Shown: one piece after another, positions 11,537 to 21,404 of the stretch
Layout of the letters: each line of letters begins with the position of its first letter
Position numbering within the stretch: position 1 is the first letter of the stretch
Sequence record: SRR31156797_360
DNA length: 64,000 nt
Strand: one strand, 5' to 3'
Notes under the pieces: model-generated
What the model saw: only the letters and a program-made list of their open reading frames with translations
Told to the model about the DNA's origin: nothing
The model's database searches: none
Made by a program: the position numbers and the translations under genes

Positions 11537-11596
11537 TGTCATTCTGAAAGAAGTGAAGAATCTGTGCGCAGGTTCTTCGTTACACTCAGGATGACA
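11537..11596. repeat. REP-like palindromic element
   Basis: TGTCATTCTGA...GAAGAATCTG-tgcg-CAGGTTCTTC...TCAGGATGACA long imperfect inverted repeat just after the ddl stop; left arm recurs at 31101-31127. Confidence 0.65.
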
Positions 11597-11692
11597 AAAA
11601 TAGAAAAGTTTAAGCACTACACGGACGTTCGCTTAAACAGTAAATTAGGTAATAAAAAAATTATGCCTGTGATCTCAAATGGAGTTGAGTAA

Positions 11693-12376
11693 ATGGCAAA
11701 GAAAAAAGGGATTTTTAAATTTCTGGCAGTAACGGTCTTTTCACTGTTTACCGTCGGTCTGTTTGCAGCAGGCGTAACAGCCGGAGCTATAATGCTTTCA
11801 GACAGCGGCTATTTTAAAGTTAAGAGCGTGTATGTAAAAGGTGTTATTAAAGCTGACGAGGCTAAGGTTAAAGCCATGGTTAAGTCTATGGTGGGAAAGA
11901 GCATCTTTGACATAAAAAATAAAAACGTTGAAAACGTAGAAGATAATTGGGTCGAGCGTATGGAGATCAGGAAGGTATTTCCTGACAGGCTAGAGGTGGT
12001 AGTATTTGAGAAGACTCCGGTCTTTCAGCTTACTAACACTAAAGGCTGCTTTACAGCGACAGCGAGCGGGCTTCTCATCAAAGAGGACTGCAAGCAGGCA
12101 CAGGTTCACATGGAAAGCGGTGTGGATGAACAGGATTTCAGAGAGTTCATAAAGATTTATGAAGACACTGCAAACCTGAAAGAAGCCAGCGTCGAGCTTA
12201 AACAGTTTTATTTCACTGTAAATGACGGTGATATCAAAATACTGGGCAACTATAACAGAGAAGAGTTTGCAAAGCTTTTTGATGTTTATAAGAAGACTGT
12301 AAAGAGCAGATATAAGTCTATTGAATATGTAGATATGCGCATACCCGATAAAATATATGTGAAAGGGGTGATGTAA
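11693..12376 (+). CDS. ftsQ: Cell division protein FtsQ/DivIB
   Basis: N-terminal TM, POTRA-like segment (WVERMEIRKVFPDRLEVVVFEK), C-terminal YVDMR motif; overlaps the ftsA start. Confidence 0.88.
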   Translation: MAKKKGIFKFLAVTVFSLFTVGLFAAGVTAGAIMLSDSGYFKVKSVYVKGVIKADEAKVKAMVKSMVGKSIFDIKNKNVENVEDNWVERMEIRKVFPDRLEVVVFEKTPVFQLTNTKGCFTATASGLLIKEDCKQAQVHMESGVDEQDFREFIKIYEDTANLKEASVELKQFYFTVNDGDIKILGNYNREEFAKLFDVYKKTVKSRYKSIEYVDMRIPDKIYVKGVM

Positions 12377-13611
12377 TGGCAGGGGACAACATCTTTGTCG
12401 GTCTTGACTTTGGTACCACAAAAATATGTGTGGTTGTAGCCAACAAGAACGAGGACGGAAGTCTGGATATTATCGGACTGGGTAAAGCTCCCAGTGAAGG
12501 TATCCGCAGGGGTGTGGTCGTAAATATCGACACCACTGTTCAGAGCATCAGAGACGCAGTCGCAGAAGCGGAGCGTATGTCTGGTGTTCAGATTAAGCGA
12601 GGTACAGCGGGCATAGCCGGCGGTCACATAAAGAGTTTTAACCAGAGAGGAACTATCGCTGTTAAAGGCGGGCGTGAGATAACACAGAAAGATGTTGAAA
12701 GAGTTATCGAAACTGCAGCCGCAACTAACATTCAGGTGGGTAATGAGATACTCGCTATCCTGCCACAGCAGTTTATCCTTGATGGTCAGAGTGAGATCAA
12801 AGATCCGATAGGTATGACAGGTGTCAGGCTTGAAGCGGATGTGCATATAATCACCGGAGCTGTCTCCAGTGCGCAGAATATTGTGAAATCTTGCGAAAAA
12901 GCAGGAATTACTGTTGATGACATAGTTTTAGAGCAATTAGCCTCTTCAGAATCTGTGTTAAGTGACGATGAGAAAGAAATAGGTGTGTGCATTATTGACG
13001 GCGGAGGCGGAACATCTGATCTCGCTGTCTATAAACAAGGCGCAGTTTTTCATACAGCCGCTCTTCTTATCGGGGGAAGAAATTTCACAAAGGATCTCGC
13101 AATCGGGCTGAACACTCCTGAATCTGAGGCTGAAAAGCTGAAAGTTCAAAACGGATGTGTCTGGATGCCGCTTGTAGAGGAAGACGATCTCATAGAAGTT
13201 CCTACAGTGGGAGGACGTCCACCGAGAGAAGTTGGAAAACCTGTTGTAACACAGATACTTCAGGCTAGAGCTGAAGAAGTTTTCCAGATTTTTAAAGGAG
13301 AGCTCCAGTATAAAGGGCTTATGGATCACCTCGGTGCAGGGGTTGTCGTTACTGGCGGTCTTGCGAACCACGAAGGGATAGAGCATCTCGCAGCTGAGAT
13401 ACTTAATGTACCGGTAAGACTTGGCAGACCTGAGAAGGTAGGCGGGCTTGCAGATTACGTCACAGACCCTAAATACGCTACGGCGGTTGGGCTTGCGATG
13501 ATAGCAGCGAGAAAGGGACACCAGCAGGGTAACGTTCTTTCCGGCTCAGACGAGAAGGCATTTGGAAACGTACTCGGACGCATGAAGTCCTGGTTCGGAG
13601 AGTTCTTCTAA
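12376..13611 (+). CDS. ftsA: Cell division protein FtsA
   Basis: GLDFGTTKI, DGGGGTSD, VTGG actin-like motifs; amphipathic C-terminus (MKSWFGEFF). Confidence 0.97.
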   Translation: MAGDNIFVGLDFGTTKICVVVANKNEDGSLDIIGLGKAPSEGIRRGVVVNIDTTVQSIRDAVAEAERMSGVQIKRGTAGIAGGHIKSFNQRGTIAVKGGREITQKDVERVIETAAATNIQVGNEILAILPQQFILDGQSEIKDPIGMTGVRLEADVHIITGAVSSAQNIVKSCEKAGITVDDIVLEQLASSESVLSDDEKEIGVCIIDGGGGTSDLAVYKQGAVFHTAALLIGGRNFTKDLAIGLNTPESEAEKLKVQNGCVWMPLVEEDDLIEVPTVGGRPPREVGKPVVTQILQARAEEVFQIFKGELQYKGLMDHLGAGVVVTGGLANHEGIEHLAAEILNVPVRLGRPEKVGGLADYVTDPKYATAVGLAMIAARKGHQQGNVLSGSDEKAFGNVLGRMKSWFGEFF

Positions 13612-13917
13612 TAAAACCTACTTGCAGGTTAAATAAAGTGTGGAAGCTAGAATAGCCACACTAATAGGAAGATTTAGGTGCAGGACAGCACCTCGGACAA
13701 ATGAAATGCAGGACGGAAGACCTTTGTCTGACTTGTTAGACAAAGTCGCCTTTGAAATGGTCAGGACGAGTCATTTCAAAGCACTAATTGGTTATCAGCA
13801 CCCTACAAAGGGAATGATATAGATAGGCGCAGGATGTGCCGAAAAACAGCAAGGACGCACGTTTTCTTAATGAGCGTTAAGGATTTTTAGCAAAATGAGC
13901 TTTTGCAGGAGGACAAG
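13612..13917 (+). ncRNA. Candidate structured RNA or long leader with multiple GGA-loop hairpins (CsrB/Rsm-like)
   Basis: About nine consecutive hairpins; four have AGGAC, AGGAT, AGGACA or AAGGAC loops (13676-93, 13750-81, 13826-40, 13841-66), with further GGA motifs between them. Confidence 0.6.
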
Positions 13918-15051
13918 ATGGAATTCGAATTTGCAGAGATAGCTAGCAACGCAGTTATCAAAGTTGTAGGTGTTGGAGGCGCAGGCGGAAACGCAGTCAA
14001 CAACATGATCAACGCAGGCATAGAGGATGTCGACTTTATAGCGGCAAACACTGATGCTCAGGCACTCAAGGCGAACTTGGCTCCGGTCAAGATTCAGCTT
14101 GGAACCACAATAACAAGAGGTCTCGGTGCGGGCGGACACCCTGAAGTGGGTAGAAAGTCAGCTATCGAGGATATGGAAGCGATCGAAGAGCAGCTCAGAG
14201 GAGCTGATATGGTTTTCGTTACAGCAGGTATGGGGGGCGGAACAGGTACAGGCGCAGCACCGGTTATCGCTAGTATTGCCAAAGACCTGGGAGCACTCAC
14301 AGTTGCTGTAGTATCAAAACCTTTCGCTTTCGAAGGAAAGAAGAGAAACACATTTGCTGACCAAGGACTAAAATTCCTTAAAGAGCATGTTGACACATAT
14401 ATTACTGTCCATAACGACAAGATTCTGGACCAGTGCAAAGAGAACACTCTATTCGACGAAGCATTCAAGATGGCGGACGATGTCCTCCGTCAGGGTGTGC
14501 AGGGTATCTCTGATGCGATTAATTCCAGCGGTGTTGTGAACGTGGACTTTGCAGATATCCGTACTATCATGAGCTCCAAAGGTATGGCGCTTATGGGTAT
14601 CGGTTCCGGTACAGGGGAGAACAGAGACATTATTGCCGCAGAGCACGCTCTCAATTCTCCACTTATTACTGATGCTTCCATCGATGGTGCTGAGGCACTT
14701 CTCCTCAACATCACATGCGGTATGGACTTCCGTATGACTGAGATGGAAAACATCGCACTTAAGATTTACGAAGCTGCAGGTGAAGAGGCTAACATCTTTA
14801 AAGGTGTTGTTCTTGATCCTACTATCACTAACGGTGAGATAAGAGTTACAGTTGTCGCTACTGGTCTTGGGAAATCACGAGACAAAAAGCCTGTAGACAT
14901 TGAAGGGTTTGCAGAGAAAGCGACTGGTGGCAACGACATCAAAAGAACTCTCGGCAGCATTAGAAAGAACGATCACAGGTTAAAAACTCTGTCTGATTTT
15001 AATGAAGAGGAATCCGAACTTCCGGCTTACCTCAGAAATCAGGCGGATTAA
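13918..15051 (+). CDS. ftsZ: Cell division GTPase FtsZ
   Basis: [25 protein letters not shown]-terminal LPAYLR peptide; ATG 13918 after AGGAGG. Confidence 0.98.
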   Translation: MEFEFAEIASNAVIKVVGVGGAGGNAVNNMINAGIEDVDFIAANTDAQALKANLAPVKIQLGTTITRGLGAGGHPEVGRKSAIEDMEAIEEQLRGADMVFVTAGMGGGTGTGAAPVIASIAKDLGALTVAVVSKPFAFEGKKRNTFADQGLKFLKEHVDTYITVHNDKILDQCKENTLFDEAFKMADDVLRQGVQGISDAINSSGVVNVDFADIRTIMSSKGMALMGIGSGTGENRDIIAAEHALNSPLITDASIDGAEALLLNITCGMDFRMTEMENIALKIYEAAGEEANIFKGVVLDPTITNGEIRVTVVATGLGKSRDKKPVDIEGFAEKATGGNDIKRTLGSIRKNDHRLKTLSDFNEEESELPAYLRNQAD

Positions 15052-15062
15052 AAGAGTACGAG

Positions 15063-16109
15063 GTGCGTATCCTTAACGTGATAAACGTAAGGTGGTTTAA
15101 CGCAACTGCCTGGTATGCCGTCAACCTTTCATCAGTCCTCAAGCGCAGAGGGCACGATGTCGTTGTGTGCGGACTACCTGGCACACCTCCTGTCCTTAAA
15201 GCTCAAGGTGTTGGCCTCGAAACTTTCGAGGCCAATATCAACAAATCTGACCCGTTCAGAGCACTGGCGGCGATGGGAGCTATGGACAAGTTGCTAATGA
15301 GTTTCGAACCGGACATTGTCATATGCCACCGGGGCGAATTCTACTGGTACTTTGCGTATAAACGCATAACCAGGCAGAAGTATAAGCTTATCCGTGTCAG
15401 AGGGGATATTCGTCCGCCGAAAGACGGAAAGCTGAACCGTATGTTCCACAACAAATGCACCGACGCAATAGTTACGTCCGGTCAGTTCATCAAAAAACAA
15501 TACATGGATATCTTAGGAACGCCAGAGATCGGCATCACAGTTAATCATGGCGGAGTGGATACTGAGATATTCAAACCTAGCAGTTTCTCCAGGATAAAAC
15601 TGAGAGACGAGTTTGGTTACGGTGATGATGATTTTGTGGTCGGCATAGTAGGAAGGTTCGACCCGATCAAAGGTCATGAGAACCTAATCAGAGCAGTGTC
15701 TAAGCTTTACAACAACGGCAGAAAGGATATCAGGCTCCTTATAGCTGGTTTCGATGCTGTGAGCACAACTGCGGACATTGAAAAGATGCTGGATGAGCAT
15801 GGTGTAAGAGATATATCAATTATCACCGGTAAACGTGACGACATTGAGGAGATATATAACTGTCTCGATGTTTGTGTGGTCTCATCACTCGGCTCTGAGG
15901 CGATTTGCAGAGTGGGTATGGAGGCGATGGCTTGCGGTGTGCCGATCATTACTTCTGACACAGGCGTGTTGCCTGAGATTTCGAAAAACGTCTATCCTAA
16001 GGACGACTGGGAAGCTCTTGCCGAACTACTTACTGACTTCGACAAGACGACTACAACCTACAGCCTAGATTATCTGGCTGATACTTTCGAGAAATACCTT
16101 AAAAAGTAA
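15063..16109 (+). CDS. Glycosyltransferase family 4 (GT-B)
   Basis: VGRFDPIKGHENL and SEAICRVGMEAMACGVP (E-x7-E) motifs; GTG start. Confidence 0.88.
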   Translation: MRILNVINVRWFNATAWYAVNLSSVLKRRGHDVVVCGLPGTPPVLKAQGVGLETFEANINKSDPFRALAAMGAMDKLLMSFEPDIVICHRGEFYWYFAYKRITRQKYKLIRVRGDIRPPKDGKLNRMFHNKCTDAIVTSGQFIKKQYMDILGTPEIGITVNHGGVDTEIFKPSSFSRIKLRDEFGYGDDDFVVGIVGRFDPIKGHENLIRAVSKLYNNGRKDIRLLIAGFDAVSTTADIEKMLDEHGVRDISIITGKRDDIEEIYNCLDVCVVSSLGSEAICRVGMEAMACGVPIITSDTGVLPEISKNVYPKDDWEALAELLTDFDKTTTTYSLDYLADTFEKYLKK

Positions 16110-16110
16110 T

Positions 16111-17238
16111 TTAGAACATCAACATATCAAAACATAGGTGATAGTTTTTACCATCATCAGTCTTAAGCAGGTTAAGGTCTGACAGTTTCTTTATGTCTCG
16201 TCTCGCTGTCTGTTCTGTAACATCCTTATATAAATATACAAATGGCTTTTCTGTATGAAGCCCCGCCAGTGATATTTCTACATCCTCATCCATCATAAGC
16301 TGAATAAGGTCGTACTGACGTCCGTTCAGGTCGCCATCATTTTTCATTATAGTCAGAAACTCACGCATAGTCAGGTCGTAGAGGTAGCCGTAAACACGGT
16401 TCTTAAGTTCATCCAGACAGCTGTTAACTGCCTCAAGAACAAAGAGGAGGAAAGGAGTGGTATCTTTGCTCTTTCGTTTCGTTTGTGAGAAGGATAGGAA
16501 GTATCTGTCCTGGTTTTTGTAGTAGTAGCCAGCGAGCATTTTAGCGACGTGGCGGATGTTAGCGGCGTGGAGGATATAAGCCTCAAGGAGCCTAGCCGTT
16601 CGACCATTGCCGGAGAAGAATGGGTGAATGAGTGAGAGGTGATAATGTGCGAGTGAAGCTCTGATAAAAGGAGGTGTACTAAGAAGCTCTTCGCTGTTAA
16701 TCCACTCGATAAAATTCTTCATAAGGTGCTCGATGTCGTTCAGTGTCGAAGGTGGTCTGTAAACACCGCCGTGCTGCTCTGAACCGACCTTTACAAGTCT
16801 ATCTCTGTATGCCCCGGGTGTGTTGCCTGTATATGTGAGTTCTTTGGTTAGTGAGTTGTGCAGTTCTTTTATGAAATCTTCGGTGATTATAAGATTTTTC
16901 CCTTCTGATTCGAAATTATCAAGTGTTTCGTAAGCAGCAATGAGATTTTCAACCTCTATTTTGTGATTAAGTGAATAACTTTCAACGTCTTTTTTATCAA
17001 TTACAGCACGAATATCCTGTTCAGTGTATGGGTTTCCATCAATTGCGGCTGTTCCAGTGATGGATGTTGCGATGATCTCAGTGTCGATATCAGATGCCTG
17101 CTGAGGAAGCATAGGTATGTCAGATATCGTTGTATTAAGGATTTCAGCCCTGTTGATTAAGTCGTTTAATATCTTCTTATCAAAGGAATCGCTAAACATA
17201 AATACTTTCGAAGTAGCCGTAACTTTTTTACTAACCAT
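16111..17238 (-). CDS. Fic-domain protein with C-terminal winged HTH
   Basis: HPFFSGNGRTAR Fic motif, PGAYR, N-terminal TAAIDGN inhibitory-like helix, C-terminal 'TEQTARRDIKKL' DeoR-like HTH. Confidence 0.9.
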   Translation of the reverse strand: MVSKKVTATSKVFMFSDSFDKKILNDLINRAEILNTTISDIPMLPQQASDIDTEIIATSITGTAAIDGNPYTEQDIRAVIDKKDVESYSLNHKIEVENLIAAYETLDNFESEGKNLIITEDFIKELHNSLTKELTYTGNTPGAYRDRLVKVGSEQHGGVYRPPSTLNDIEHLMKNFIEWINSEELLSTPPFIRASLAHYHLSLIHPFFSGNGRTARLLEAYILHAANIRHVAKMLAGYYYKNQDRYFLSFSQTKRKSKDTTPFLLFVLEAVNSCLDELKNRVYGYLYDLTMREFLTIMKNDGDLNGRQYDLIQLMMDEDVEISLAGLHTEKPFVYLYKDVTEQTARRDIKKLSDLNLLKTDDGKNYHLCFDMLMF

Positions 17239-17344
17239 ATGTCACCTCACTTGTAATATAAAATGTAAACTCATTAATTAATCACCACAGTTATTTATAT
17301 ACCAATTTCTGATATAAATGTAAAGTAAAATAACATAATAAATG

Positions 17345-17371
17345 TAAAGTATTTTGTAAATATGCCGATAC
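17345..17371 (+). promoter_or_regulatory. Putative sigma28 (FliA) promoter
   Basis: TAAA-N15-GCCGATAC (TAAAGTAT...GCCGATAC) versus consensus TAAAGTTT-N11-GCCGATAA. Confidence 0.55.
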
Positions 17372-17450
17372 TATAATTAAGTTGAATAACAGTGGTTTAG
17401 CTAAACACTAATTTGAAGAGTTACTTAGATTGAAAGATAAAATGTAAGAC

Positions 17451-17498
17451 GAGGTGTAAATATAAAAGTAAAAAGAGGTGTAAATATAATAGTAAAAA
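17451..17498. repeat. 24-bp tandem direct repeat (2 copies) within a 12-bp-periodic array
   Basis: GAGGTGTAAATATAAAAGTAAAAA / GAGGTGTAAATATAATAGTAAAAA, one mismatch. Confidence 0.85.
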
Positions 17499-17605
17499 GT
17501 GTATCAGATTAACTAATCGCCATTAAAAATCCATAAAAATGCGGTTACAGGGGATTAAGCTCAGCTTCTGCAACCGCACCTTTCCTCATTTCTGAAAGTT
17601 TCGTA

Positions 17606-17633
17606 TTGATTATCTGACATTTTTACATATAAT
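17606..17633 (+). promoter_or_regulatory. Putative sigma70 promoter of tRNA-Ala
   Basis: TTGATT-16bp-TATAAT ending 13 bp before the tRNA. Confidence 0.55.
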
Positions 17634-17646
17634 GATTTTTCGTTTT

Positions 17647-17719
17647 GGGGGTATAGCTCAGCTGGGAGAGCGCAACACTGGCAGTGTTGAGGTCAGCGGT
17701 TCGATCCCGCTTACCTCCA
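17647..17719 (+). tRNA. tRNA-Ala (anticodon GGC), CCA not encoded
   Basis: Acceptor GGGGGTA/TACCTCC with G3:U70, D-arm GCTCAGCTGGGAGAGC, anticodon arm CAACA-CTGGCAG-TGTTG, T-loop GGTTCGATCCC, discriminator A. Confidence 0.97.
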
Positions 17720-17975
17720 TTTTTAATCTAGTTTATTAGCAACAGTTTGCGGTTTCTTTGTTTTGTTGGGGGATAAAGCGGGGATACTTTTTTCCAGATT
17801 GACTTTAAATATAGCTCTAAGTTTGTTGATGAATACGAAGAGTACGCTCGATTATTCCATTTTATTATCATTTTTTTTTAAGCCCTAAATACTTATCATA
17901 TAAATCATTTAATTTTTAATATTACATATACGTCTCAAATAATCAAAATTCAATTGTTTTTGGATAATTAACCGC

Positions 17976-17994
17976 TTATAATAATAATTATCAA
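17976..17994. promoter_or_regulatory. Fur/PerR-family box upstream of katG
   Basis: TAATAAT-A-ATTATCA (17979-93) has one mismatch to the TGATAAT-N-ATTATCA 7-1-7 motif and overlaps a TATAAT hexamer. Confidence 0.5.
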
Positions 17995-18016
17995 GAAGAC
18001 TTGCGTTTAATTTTAA

Positions 18017-20218
<2,202 letters not shown>

Positions 20219-20241
20219 GCTTTACGAACAATAAATTAATT

Positions 20242-20270
20242 AAGCCAGTCCTTTGGGGCTGGCTTTTTTT
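20242..20270 (+). terminator. Rho-independent terminator after katG
   Basis: AAGCCAGTCC-tttg-GGGCTGGCTT followed by a T run. Confidence 0.85.
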
Positions 20271-20414
20271 GCGCACAATTCGACGATTTAGTACCTTATG
20301 TGTTAAAAAGTACAGGATAAAGGGTGGAAATTTGCATAACTTTTATAAATGACTAACCTATAGCGTTCGAATCAGGGTATATATTAGTTATAAAATACAA
20401 TCAGGTAAAAAATT

Positions 20415-21281
20415 ATGTTCATTTCAATTGTTATAGCTTTACTCGTGAGCGTAGGACTTATATTTATTATCTTCTCTTCACGTGCCAATAGTCCACGTGA
20501 TAATAGCAGGTTGTCTGCATTTGCAAATCATCCAGAGTGTTTTGTAAGAGTAACTGATAAGACAAACTACACTGTTCTGGAAGAAAAGTTTGACCCATCC
20601 GCCCCAGACTTTCAAGAGAATGTAAAAGACAGTCTTGAAATGAGAATATACGACATCAGAAGTGCTCTTTATAATTTTCCGAAAGAGATACTCGGGGAAT
20701 ATAAAGATTTACTAGCTTTTCCAAACGATATTTACGAGCTGTTCTGCCTGATGCAGGGGCATGATTCAGGATCACATGAGCCGGTATACATCTACAAAGG
20801 CGACCCTGAAGAGAGAAGCTTAGACAGTAATTTCATGTGTGTTTCGAGCTACTGTTTCAACACAGGGTCTACCGACCTGTTTACAACAAGAGGCGTAATC
20901 TCTCCCGACCGGGCACAGTCAATGGTTAAACATTTTATTAATGAGATAAGTATGCAGGAACTACTGGATACAGCTAAGATGTACGGGAAAGCCCTTGTTG
21001 GCAATAGTAAAGAAGAGCTTTTTAAAAGTGCATACGATAACGGTCTGCTTAAGAAAATGCAGACAGACGGAGATACATCCGTTGCATACAGGGTTACTGG
21101 TAAATATTTTGAAATGGAGACGTTGTTTTTTCAAGCCTACGCCGCAGATATTGAAAAGAATCTTGCTGGTGCTAATAGGCTATATGTTGATAAAATCATA
21201 GCTCAGGCTTGTAAAGTGAACATCTTCAGCAAAGCCCGCCCAAACAACCGACTCACAGCTATGCTCCAGCGACTTCGTTGA
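20415..21281 (+). CDS. Hypothetical protein with N-terminal TM anchor
   Basis: 288-aa ORF filling the gap between two terminators; hydrophobic N-terminus; no family recognised. Confidence 0.7.
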   Translation: MFISIVIALLVSVGLIFIIFSSRANSPRDNSRLSAFANHPECFVRVTDKTNYTVLEEKFDPSAPDFQENVKDSLEMRIYDIRSALYNFPKEILGEYKDLLAFPNDIYELFCLMQGHDSGSHEPVYIYKGDPEERSLDSNFMCVSSYCFNTGSTDLFTTRGVISPDRAQSMVKHFINEISMQELLDTAKMYGKALVGNSKEELFKSAYDNGLLKKMQTDGDTSVAYRVTGKYFEMETLFFQAYAADIEKNLAGANRLYVDKIIAQACKVNIFSKARPNNRLTAMLQRLR

Positions 21282-21312
21282 TCTATCATGAGAAGTTGAT
21301 AGTCTGAAAAAC

Positions 21313-21340
21313 AGAAAGGCCGGCGTTAACCGACCTTTCT
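21313..21340. terminator. Hairpin between convergent genes (probable bidirectional terminator)
   Basis: AGAAAGGCCGG-cgttaa-CCGACCTTTCT inverted repeat. Confidence 0.6.
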
Positions 21341-21404
21341 ATTAGGGAATGTACTTCTGATTTAGGCTGATCAAAAGGTACAAACTTTAAAGAAGTGTAT
21401 TTGC

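Noticed and set aside
13640-13822. 60-aa ORF in the ftsA-ftsZ spacer
   Set aside because: GTG start without an SD and no recognisable protein features; the sequence is better explained by RNA hairpins.
17250-17505. CRISPR array or replication origin in the AT-rich repeat region
   Set aside because: Repeats are too short with no unique spacers, there are no cas genes, and I see no cluster of DnaA boxes (TTATCCACA).
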